From Lama guanicoe (taxonomy: Eukaryota): a DNA stretch of 64,000 nt. The position numbers and the translations under genes are program-made. Positions 1 through 11,600 of this stretch are shown piece by piece. The notes under the pieces were generated by a model. The model was not told the origin of the DNA, searched no databases, and worked only from the letters and a program-made list of their open reading frames with translations. Positions within the stretch are counted from its first letter, which is position 1. Each line of letters begins with the position of its first letter. Location of the stretch: assembly GCA_013239625.1 (NCBI GenBank), contig MU053136.1, positions 638,017 to 702,016 of the forward strand. The letters are read 5' to 3'.

Positions 1-300
1 GGCGCTGAGCCCCGGGATGCGGAGGGAGAGGCTGGCCCGCCTGGGGAGGACGGCATAGGGCGTGAAGCAAGGGGGCGGTAACCCACTGGGCGCCGGGCGC
101 TTGGGTCCCAGCTCAAGAAAGAGGACAAGGGAGGAGCCTGTTCTGGGGCCTCCGCTCCTTGGTCCTGGGATGGGTGCCAGGCCGGAGAGGGAAGAGGGGA
201 GAGAAGTCCCGCCCACTGGGCCAGCCCGCTGCCCAAGAGGCCAGAAGGGGTCGGTCTGAATGTGAGCCCGCGTATGAGCGCGAAACTCCTGAGTGTCTGT
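1..300. promoter_or_regulatory. GC/CpG-rich edge, probably the flank of the NAB2 promoter CpG island (gene outside the window)
   Basis: GC- and CpG-rich stretch at the window start. NAB2 lies head-to-head with NEMP1 in human, so the identity rests on synteny only. Confidence 0.3.
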
Positions 301-2419
301 ATCTGTTTTCTCAGGGTTGTCGTGAGGGTCACTTTGAGAGGGCATGTATGAAAACTCTATAAATTGTGAAATGCTAATAAGCAAATTTAAGACGATACTG
401 CCAGTTTGTGCCTCTGTACCCTCAGATTATGTATTTTTGTTTCTTTACATCTATCTACTTGTGTGTCTGTCTCTCTCTCTCTCTAGGTTTGTGAGCCCCT
501 CCGTGTGGATTTAAAAATACGTACATTTTAAAAATCATTGACTTGTCAAGCCCCGCCAGAGGCCCAGACGCCCCCGCAGCCGGAGCTGCTGAGATGTCTG
601 TTCTTCGCTTCCCTCCTACTCGTACCACCCTCAACTCCCCTCCTACTCCCTTCCGTTGAGAACAAGGAATTTCCAGCCTTTAGCAAATGGAGAGAGACAG
701 AGACAAAGAGACCAAGACTATAAGAAGCTACAGGAAAACAGTAAAGATAAGGGGGGGGGTGTTGACAAAAAGGGGGTGAGGCAAATTCAAAAATCTTAAT
801 TTCTCTTTTTCTCCCTTCTTCCCCTCCCCGTTTTCCCCAGCATGGCTCAAGCCCACTTCCCTACCTGATTCACTTGCTTCCCTCCCGCCTCCCTCCGCCT
901 CGGTGTTCTCAGAGGCACACGGGCCTGAGCAAAGTATCCCATTTAATTAAGGGTTAGTTCATTGTCTACACTGGTCTCTTCCAGGAAGGGAAACAGTATC
1001 CTCAGTCCCAGGTTTCTAAGAACAGGGGAAAAGATTGTGAAGAAAGTGGGTGGAAGAGGAGTGAGGAAATTGCTAACCAGAAGGATTGCCGTTCCTAGGC
1101 ACGAGTAGATTTTCATCCAGCAGACAGCACTGCTCACTCCCCTCCCCCAAGTTTTCACCAGGCCAAATCCAGCTCATACAGCAAGGTCTGGCGCAAATGT
1201 CACCTTCCTGGCCCCTCTCCTTCCTGCGCCTCCCCTAGGCAGAATTAATTCCTCCCATCCTTCAGTGGCCTCATGGCTCTTTGTACACATTTCAATTATA
1301 GTTGCTTGTTTCACGTTCAGCCCAGGACCTCTCCTGGTCTGGTACCTGGTGGATCCTCTGAAATGAGTGAGTTGATAATGCTATCTCCAGGCATGAGCAG
1401 CTTTGAAAGGGCAGTTAACACAGATATTACTCCAAAGGGGGCTTAACCTGGGTAGCACCGTTTAAGTGGAGACATTTGTTTTCCATGTCTGCTTCTTTCT
1501 TAAAGTTTCCAATGAGTCTCACAAGTCTGGCTCCTTGGCCTTCTAAAATGCCTGTTCTCCTGGTAAATTAATTCATACCCAGGTGCCGAAGGTATAAGTC
1601 TGAAATCCTTGCTGGTAACAGAAAAATATGAATACAAAGTAATGACCTTCCTTTTTAACTCTTTTATTAACATGTCAGAATTGTAGTCTAAGGAGCATTG
1701 TCCTTCAACTTAATCATCTTACAAGAGATGCTTCACTTCTCAAAGACAAGTCACCCTACCTTCTGCCGTTGGGGAACCCAGAGACTGGTAGGGGAGATAG
1801 ACACATAAACAAATAATTACAATGTAGTGCAATATGAGTACAAACAATGGCAAAAGTATAGGGGGAAAGTGATGTTTTCTGCCTGGGATTGTGAGGGACT
1901 GATTTAAGCAGGCATCCAAAGGAGGTGATGATGCAGCCTAGGATTTTGAAGTGTGAGTAGATTTCCAGGAGGAAGGGACAGTCAAGTCAGAGAGAGCAGA
2001 ATTTAAATTCACGTGGAGGTATGAAAGAGAATAATATGTTTGAGAAACTATAAATTGTTAATCATTGCTAGATGGGATGTGCTGGTGGTTAAAAAGTATC
2101 CCAGGGGGTGTTTGAGGCCATTTCATTAAGGATATTATAGACCAGTGCTTCTCAAACTATCATCAAGGACCAATTTTTTTTTTTAAAGTTTCGAACCACT
2201 ATGGAGTCCACTTACTGTTAAATACGCTAAAAGTGAATTATTAGAAAAATGAAATAAAATCCCTCATTTTTATTAGATTAAATAAATTTAACATTTCTCA
2301 GTCAAATTGCTATGAAAGTTTCTAAATGCCTAACGTTAATTTCTAAAATTGTTTCAGTGCAGATTGGTAACAAACTTTGAATAGGACTGTTGTAGTTAAA
2401 ACTTTTTTCTTTACGTCTA

Positions 2420-2770
2420 TGTTTTACGTCATACTGAGGACCATGGACTTCATCACAGGAGATACCAGAGAACCATAAAGACTTTGTAAGGTGGGAGTCA
2501 TGTGGTCAGATCTGCATTTAGGAGTAGTGTGGAGGAAGGGTTTTATGGCTGCATAGACAGCAGGGAGGCCAGCCTGAAGGAAACTAAAGTGGTTCAGGCA
2601 AGAGGTGGCAAGGTGCTAGGCTAAATCACTGGCATGGGATGGAGAGGAAAGGATAGATGCAAAAGACAGTCAGCAGGTGGAATCAATAGGACTTGATGAC
2701 TGGCTAAGGGGTTGGGGAGAGAGAAGAATTTAGGGTGAGTCTCGGGCTTCTAGCTTGGGTGACTGAGTGG
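2420..2770 (+). mobile_element. L2 LINE fragment (approximate ends)
   Basis: Degenerate L2-like text: 'gtggtcagatctgcattt...aggcaagaggtgg...ggaatcaataggacttgatgactgg...tctagcttgggtgactg'. Confidence 0.5.
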
Positions 2771-3541
2771 TTGGAATGGAGCATCTTCATCAAATAGTCA
2801 CCATATATAGTCCTTTTCCAAAATTAAGAAAACTATGAAAACCAAAAATTTTTCATAACTCATTTGACAACAAACCTAGTCTGACCTGAACTTATTTTTG
2901 TGGCAGTCCTCCTAAACTTACATGAGGTTATTTATGATTTCATTTATCCCACTTTCATTTATTCCAGTGTGAATATTCCTATCTCTCATTACAGAAATAT
3001 TAATTTGTTGGATTATAGGGTGCTGTCCTAGACTGTCCTAGACCCCACTAGAGTGTTGCCTTACATATTGTAAATGCACCATATTACCTTTCTAAAATCC
3101 AAAAAAACTCTGGAACACATTTACTATCCAGATTTCCCACCCCATTTACTCATTTGTCTTAGCCTAAGTTCTTTTGGCTATTTGCATAAATCAGATCCAC
3201 CTGCAGATAATGAATATTCATTGCAGTGTGTGCTATAGATTCTGAAGATGATTCTCAAAGCATTTTGAGCAGTGTCCTCATTATTAAAACAAGGCTAAAA
3301 GCTTCTTGAGTGACTACCTGGAAGTGACAGAACTCATTTGGATGATAAGGTGTGATATGTTTATGGACAATAAGTTTCATTACTGTCCACCTCGTTTACA
3401 CATTTTAATAGTCAGTGGTCAGTGATCTTCTGGAATTAGTCCCCAACCCTGGAATTAGTTCCCCTATTCTCTGGCCTTTATTCAAAACCAAAGAGCGAGG
3501 TCTGAATGCTGAGAATTTTAGACCCGGTAGAAAATCGTGTA

Positions 3542-3571
3542 TGTGTGTGTGTGTGTCTGTGTGTGTGTGTG
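3542..3571. repeat. (TG)n microsatellite with one interruption
   Basis: tgtgtgtgtgtgtgtctgtgtgtgtgtgtg read directly. Confidence 0.95.
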
Positions 3572-3574
3572 CGT

Positions 3575-4040
3575 CTTAACTATTTTCTAAGACAGTTTCA
3601 GACGTACAGAAAAATTGAGACGGTAATACAGAGAGTTCTCATGTGCCCCACATCCAGTTTCCACTAATATAACCTTCACTGGTATAGTGCACCTGCCACC
3701 ATTACTGAACCAGTGTTGCTATATTATTATTAACTAAAAGTTGATAGTTTATTCAGATTTCCTTAATTTTTACCTTTTTTTTCCTGTTCCAGGATCTCAT
3801 CTGTGATACCATATTACATCTGGTTTCCTCTTGGCTGTTACAGTTTCCCAGTTTCTTTGTTTTTCATGACCTTGATAGTTTTGAGGATTACTGGTGAGGT
3901 ATTTTGTAGATGCCTCTCTATTTGAATGTTTAAAATGTTTATCTCATGATTAGATTAGTTTCATGGTTTCACCATTTTCATCACACTATATCAAGGTTAT
4001 GTAGTATCATGGTAATTTATCACTGTTGATATTAACCTTT
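3575..4040 (-). mobile_element. Old L1 (L1M-type) 3' fragment
   Basis: 'cagaaaaattgaga...tacagagagttctcat...catccagtttcc...ttcctgttccaggatctcat' resembles an L1M 3' UTR in reverse orientation. Confidence 0.55.
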
Positions 4041-4384
4041 CTAGGTCAGGCAGGGGAGTGTGTGGTGTGTGTGTGTGAGAGACAGGATGACCACTGTAGC
4101 AGGGCTGGCCTAGACTTTTCTGAGCATGAAATTTCTTCTCTTGCCCATAGCTCAACCCTATTTTGACGTCATAAAAATCCCTTGTTGTGAAAGCTTGAAC
4201 CTTCCCCAGCAGTTACCTCCTTTCCTAAATTTCCTTGCAACTCACTCAGCTCCATTATCTCTACTGTTCCTACCCACCCCTATCAGATCTTCTAAAAAAT
4301 AAGATGCTTCAGTTTCAACTAGTATTTACTGAACATCTGTTATGTACTAGGCACTCTGCTAGGCCCTCACTGTGTAAGTCATTT

Positions 4385-4540
4385 AATGGGAAGCACCTGA
4401 TGCATAGAAAGAACTCAGGCTTTGGGGTAAGACTTGGGTTGGAACTACAAGCCAGCCCAAAGAACTGTGCAATCTTGGGCAGGTTCCTTTGCCTTGGCTT
4501 TTTCTTAAATATCTCACAGGACGTTGTGAGGAATTAAAAA
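4385..4540 (+). mobile_element. MIR SINE
   Basis: MIR core 'ggctttggggtaagacttgggtt...ctgtgcaatcttgggcagg...gttgtgaggaattaaa'. Confidence 0.6.
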
Positions 4541-4739
4541 AGTTTCTCTTAATCTTCACATTCATTTCGCTTCCAAAAAAAGAAAAAACCCTATGACTAC
4601 ATTTTAAACTTAATGTTTATTCCTATAAAACACTATCCACGCAGTTTTTTGTTGTGACTTCCGTTTCAAATAATTTCATACTTTGGAAGACACAAGCAGC
4701 CAGAGAGGACCAGGAGCAGCCACACTGCCCCAGCTCCCT

Positions 4740-5650
4740 AACTGCGGGGCCCGGCACCAACTGCCGGCAAGACCGCCACTTTCATTTCTCCCTCCATGGT
4801 CGCGGGTCGGAAACTTGTCTTAAGTTTCCCATATCAAAAAGATCGTGGTAAAAAGGAAAGAAAGAAAACAGAAGGAACCTAAGGCAGTTTCGACGGAAAT
4901 ATCGTTTGGTCAAGGAGGCCTCGCCCATCCTGATTTTCTATAGGCTACGCTTACCATCAATCGCCCGAGTTGTAAATAAACTGGAGACGGAAGCATGTTG
5001 TTAAGGGGTGGGATCTTCCTGTCGCCATTGCTGAGGCGAGAACCCGTTTTCTAATAGGCTGAAAGCTGCTTCTTCCCGCCCTCTCGCGTCAGTTGCTAAG
5101 AGGCGGGACTATAGGGTCCGTAAAGGACTGAGTGCTCGAAGCTCCGCCCACCCGGTTGGTTGGTAGGGGCTGGGCCTTGTAGCGGATAGGTTGCTGGCCC
5201 TGCCTATTCCGAGTTAGTTGCCGGGGAGAAGCACGTGAGGGGGAGGTGGTATGAGGCGACCATGGCGGGAGGAATGAAAGTGGCGGTCTTGCCGGCAGTT
5301 GGTGCCGGGCCCCGGAGTTGGGGAGCTGGGGCAGTGTGGCTGCGACTGGTCCTCTGTGGCTGCTTGGTCTGCGGCTCAGGTACCGCCCGGGCAGAAGTTG
5401 CAGAGGGGTTATATTCAGAAAAGTGGGGACTGTCCCCAGGGCGCGGGCCGTTACTCTGCGGAGGGGCGCGGGCGTGGTGCAGAGGCAGAAGCTTCATCCT
5501 CCGCGATTGGGCGCCGGCATTGAGGGGCCGGGGCCCTGGGGCGGCCTAAGGGAGCTACCCAGAGTGGGGAGGAGCCTGGCGTCTTTTGGCGGAGATGGGG
5601 AGGCCTGCACTGGGTGAGAAGCGGTTCTACGGGCTGCGTCGTGCTGCGTG
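4740..5650 (+). promoter_or_regulatory. NEMP1: NEMP1 CpG-island promoter and exon 1
   Basis: CpG-dense region around the ATG. E2F-like TTCCCGCC at 5073-5080 and GGCGGGA at 5102-5108, E-box CACGTG at 5232-5237, forkhead-like TGTAAATA at 4971-4978. Confidence 0.8.
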
Positions 5651-8600
5651 GGCCTCCTCCAGTTTTTTGGTTTAAAAGGAAGGAGACCTGAGGACCATAC
5701 TGGCAGGCAGAGCTGCCTTTGGAAAGAGAGTATCCCATTCATTGAGAAAATTAGCCAACACCTGAGCCTATGGTGGCAGGACTCAGGACATGGATGGCTG
5801 AACAGATAATTATAGTTAACTGAAATGCAGTGATCTCTGTCAATATCTCCTGTCCTCTGTCCTTGTAAGATCTTGGTCCCTAGCGGCACCCTAGAACCGA
5901 CCTGGAGCTGTTAAATTCCTGTTTCCAAAAAAAGATACAAACGTTATTCAGCTTCGAGTAGGATTCTTTTGGAAGTTTATTCATTCGTCAATCAAACTTA
6001 CTTGATACCTACTACTAGATAATTGGCTTTGGACTGGGACGAAATTATTTTACTTTTTCGCTATAATCCGGAAAACCTAGAGCGTGTTTGTAAAGAACCT
6101 ATTCTTGTTAAATACACCACAGAAAGATAAGTGAGGTTTCCAAGCTTCCACTGGAGGGAGTTGAGACTCACGGGGATAAGGATAATCCTATCTCATGAAC
6201 ACATATGCTCTCTCCCCTCCTGTCGTTTGCTGCCTATCTCTTGCTGTCACTTGTGTTATCCTTACCTGCAGCTTTAAGGTTGTCTCAGGATTCATAGAAC
6301 TAGTTAAAAAGTGCAGCGTCTTTGCGAAACAGTTTTTTTTTTTTTTTAGGGAGAGTGGAGTGGGTATCGGGAAGGTACTTTTCCAGAAGCGGGCCCCAGA
6401 ATAATATCTGAAGGGCTCCGTATGATCTGAATGAACTTTGGCCTGATGGTTAACTTCTAAAATGGGATTGTGGATTGTGGGGATGAAAGAATATATATAC
6501 CAGAATGCTCCTGCATAGTCAGTGTTCAATCAAAAGTTCCAAAGTTTCTTTGATGAGGAGAGGAACGGGAGACTTTTTGGCTTGGAGAAGGGTCAACTCG
6601 GGATATTTGTTCTTTGTGGCCTGGTAGATCATGTAGGTGGCAGCTACAAAGAGACAATCATGTAATAGAGTAGAACTTTGTAAAAGTGAGAGGTACCTAA
6701 AGAGAGAATGGAGTACTTCAAAAGACAGGAAGGGAGTTCTTTCTCACTGGAGGTTTTTGAAAAACTTCATTATAAAAATAATGTGAATTTATTTAAGACT
6801 ATTGGGCAAGTACAATTAAGTATAAATAACACGTCATTTATTGTTATTTATACTTAGTTATTCCATTGTTTATTGTTTATTACGTTCAGAGGCAGTCTAT
6901 TATTGCACACTTTCTTCTGGTCTGCTTCTACATGTTTTTAGTTAAAAAAATTTTTTGAATTGATGATACATTCGTGTGCCTGTCAGCAATCCAGTTCTCT
7001 TCCCTGTTACCAGAGATAGTTTTCTCATTTGATTCTGTAGCATAAACATTTACCTATGTCATTTAAAATTCTTCATAAATGTTATTTTTACGTGTATTCT
7101 GTTCTAGCCTATGGACAGACCATTTGGATTTTCATTTTTAAGGATAGATTCTCAGAAATGGATTTATTCAATCAAAGGCTAAAATACATTTAAGACCCTT
7201 GAAACATTTTGCTAAAATAATTTCTGAAAATGTGTGCCAGTTTACACCACTATCAGCTATATTTGCTTGTGACCCATACCTTTGCCAGCATTGGATATTC
7301 TAGACTGTAACACTTTTGCTAATTTGATAGATCAAAAGTGGTATCTTAATTTATTTTGCATTTCTTGCATTACTTGTGAGGAAGCATCTTTCAACTGTTT
7401 ATTAATTTAATTTTCTATTTAGACTTTTTTTTTTTTGGAGTATAAGTGTATCCTTTGTTCTTGGCTATTTATTGTGGTTGCTGTTTATTGTGATTTTTGT
7501 ATACTTAACTTGTATGAACTTTTTTATGTATCAAAGATACATATTTTTACTAAATGTATTTATTTATTGCAGAACTTTAATTTGTTTGCTCCCTTTATCT
7601 TTTTAAATATTTATTTTTATTTATACTTCTATGTGGTCACTTGAATTTATTCTTTAGATTTATTTTCACTTCTTTTATGCTTAAAGAGCTCTCCAAAATT
7701 GAATTGATTCATACATATATATGTATATGTGTGTGTGTGTTATGATTTAATTATGTTTCATTTTACTTTTTAATCAATAGTTAATGTAGTGTTTGGTGTG
7801 GGTATCTAGATAGATTTTATTTTCCTTATAACCAGTCGGTTGTTCTAGCATCTCATTGAATAGTCCTTTGCTAAGCCCACTGATTTAAGGTGCTAGTCTT
7901 TAAGGAGGCTTTTAAGTATGAATGGGATTGCCTTTTGACAGAAATGAATAGAGGCTATTTAAGAATTAGAAGAGGTTGTTTTTCATGACTTTTCAGGGTT
8001 TGTTCTGGTCCTCACATACTATGAATTATTTTCGTTACCTTTTACTAGTAAATGTTAAATGATCAGTGTTGTTGATTGAAAAGTAGGTGAAAGTAAGTTC
8101 ATAATGTTTATAAGTAAATATGAAGTTATAAATCTTTAAGTAGGTGCTTTATGGATAAATACAATAAGCTAGTTGTGATTCACTAAATTCGAAGAAGGCA
8201 TTTTCCAAAAACTACTAGATTTTTGGGCTCAGAAGGCTTTTTTTTTTTTTTAATGTTTAATTCTTTCTTCTTTTACCACGCTGGCTAACTCACCTTGGGG
8301 AGGGGAAGAAAGGTGTTGTATGTCCTTTTGCTACAGAAAGCGCAAGGTTCTAACATGAGCATTTTGACAACCCGTGTGTGTTTAAGGTAATTTGGTTTAG
8401 TTCTGTGTTTCTAACAACTTATGCTATAGCTGGAGTGGTGATTGTTTCCACAGATTATCCTCTTAGGCTGAATTGGTATATTTTCCCTCTCAGTGAATTG
8501 CCAAAGCTGTGGCTGGCCAAGGTGCTGATTTCTGTAGGAGGTTGCTATTAAATGAGATTATTTGTGTGTTTATTTACAGCGATTTCCTTTGAATGGTGTG

Positions 8601-11600
8601 GAACTTGGGAAAAGGAAGAACTAGGTTTTTTTAAATGTTGCTTTTTGTAGAAGTTTTATTTCTTTACAAAAATGATACTGAAGAATTTTAAAGTCAGTTT
8701 AAAAACACAGATGCATTTTCTTGGCATTAAGTTCTTCAAATAGCCTGTGCTATTGAGACCTTATTTGTATCTTAGTACTCTTGGAAATAATAATGGGCTT
8801 AAAAAAATGTTGTGTTCTATTACTTGGTGCTGTGGGAAGGAAGGGGTTAATAAGTGTGACTTTAAAATAAATTTGTATCAGTAGTTTTAAGCTTCACATA
8901 ATCTTACTCTCTTACAGTCTCCAGAAGAAGATAAACTCTTGATACATATTTGTAAGTGGGTGTTCTTTCAGTATATTTGTGGGTGTTCTAGTGAGACAAA
9001 TGTCAATAGGATTTTGAAAAGTTCTCATTTTATGAAAGATAGGCTTGGAGGAAATCCAAATTACTACTGAATTAAACCCTAGTGAGAAACTGATAGATAG
9101 GGTTCAGGACACATTACCCCAAAATATGGCACCTAGGCATGTTAAATACTTCAAGCTGAGGGAGTTTGAGAAAATAGCAGAAGCAGGAAGGTCGCTCTTG
9201 CCTCCCCCACTTTGCCCTTCTTCACTGAAACAGATCATAAAATCCTCACGCGAGAGGTGCCCTCCTTATATCGGGAGGAAAAGAGCATCCTTATCTTGGA
9301 AGACAAAGGGACACAAAGAAGAATCCTAGTAGACAGGCTTTGCTGTTTCCCGCAGTTTACTACACTTACCTCATACTCAACCTACTGTATTCCTCCACAA
9401 TTGTCCACTCTTCATCACATCCAGCGTAAAAGTATGTAGGTCTGACTGTTCCTTTGGGTCTTCATTTCCTTATGAAGGCTTTCATGTCATGGAAAACATT
9501 AGATAAGTTTGTATACATTTCTCCTACATTTAATATGTCTTTGTCAGTTTAATTTCCAGACCTAGCCAGGGACCCTAAGAGGGTCAGGGAAAACTTCTTC
9601 TTCCTCTGCAACATCAAAACTGAATTAAAAAATGGAGATGTTGCTGTACACCAGCAACTAACACAATATTGTAAATCAGCTCTACTTCAATAAAAACAAA
9701 ATTGAGATATAATTCACATACCATAAAATCCATGCTTTCAGTGGTTTTTAGTATACAGTTGACCCTCGAAGGACATGGATTTGAAGGTGCAGAACTGTGG
9801 ATCCAGAGGGCTGACTGAAGTTATGCGCAGAGTTGTGACTGTGCTGAGAGTCGGTGCCCCAAAACACGTGTTCAAGGGTCAGCTGGCAACCACTGATCTA
9901 TTTTCTGTCTCTGGATTTGCTTGTTCTGGACATTTATAAAAATGAAATCATTGAATATGTGGCCTTTTTTTTTCTTTTTTTGGACTGGCTTCTTTCAGCA
10001 TCATGTTTTTGAGATTCATCCATGTTACAGTATGTATCAGTACTTTTTATGGCTGAATAATATTTCATTGTATGGATAATACTGCATTTTGTTTATCCAT
10101 TGATTAGCTGATGGACATTTGATTTGTTTCCACTGTTTGGTTATTATGGATATGCTGCACTGAACATTTGTGTACAAGTTTTTGTGTGAACATGTATTTC
10201 AATTTCTTTGGGTATATACATAGGCATGGAATTGCTGGGTCATGTAGTAACATAAAATAAGTGTTTAAGTTTTCCAGGAACTGCCAAACTTTTTGAGAGG
10301 CAGCACCATATTATATTTCCACCAGCAGTGTGTGAGGGTTGCAGTTTCTTCACATACTTGTCAGCATTTGGTTATTGTCCTTTTTATTATAGCCACCCTA
10401 ATGAGATTGAAGTAGTGTTTCATTGTGGTTTTGATTTGCATTCCTGTAACAGCCAATGATGTTGAGCTTCTTTTCATTGTGCTCGTTGGCCATTTGTATA
10501 TCTTCTTTGGAGAAATGTCTATTTAAGTCCTTCACCCATTCTAAAAATTGGGTTATTTCTCTTTTTTGTTGAGTTGGAGAAGTTCTTTACATATTCTGGA
10601 TTCTGGATACTAGGCTCTTATCAGATATATGATTTGCAAATATTTTCTCCCATTTTGTGGGTTGTCTTTTTACTTTCTTGATAGTGTTCTTTGAAACACC
10701 GAAGTTTTAAATTTTTATGAAGTTGGATTTATTTTTTTATGAAGTCCGATCATTTTTTTCTTGAGTTGCTTATGCTTATGCTTTAGTGTCATATCTAAGA
10801 AATCATTGCCATCCAAGGTCACAAAGATTTATATGTTTTCTTCTAGGAGTTTTATAGTTTTTGTTTTTACATTTAGGCTTAAGACCAAATTTAACTTCAG
10901 AATTAGTCTTAGCTTCACCTTCAGCCGTTTCAGAATGATGGGTGTTGTTGCCCTTTTTTGTGTGTAACTTTGGCTTTCTAAGGTTTGGTTGAGGTTGTTG
11001 TGTTTTTTGTTTTATCAGTTTATTTAAATCTACCCACTTTTATACCAAGGATCAGAGAGATAACTAACCTTCCCCTTAGAGTAGCACTTAATGAATTGCT
11101 AAGTACAATGTAGAGCTTAAGGAAGAAATTATTGAAATGTTTCGTGGTGAAGAAGGAAGTTTGTGCAAACTTGGGTGGGAAGATATAAGAGAGTGGTCAC
11201 TTTTAAACCTTAAATTAGCCAAGATTGAATACGAAGTCCTGAGGGGAGTTTGTTTTGGTAAAATCAAAGGGCCTGCATATGTTCATTGGCTGCTCTTGAA
11301 ACTTGAAATGAAACAAACAGCTGGAACAAAAGCAATTTTGCAGTCTTTCTCGTTTAGTATCTGCTTAAAGTACTCCAGTACAAAAACGTTGCCAATTCTG
11401 TGCATCCTACTCAGAAAAGGGATAGAGAAAATCACCAGATGGGGTTACTTCGGCTATGCCTTTATAAGGGAAACGGGACCTGGTTGTGAAGCTCAGTTAA
11501 GCTGTTTACTAGCTGTGTGACTTTGGGCAAATTCCTTAATCTTTCCTCAACATCAGTTTCCCCATTTGTAAAATGGGGATTATGAGAATGCCTACCTTAT

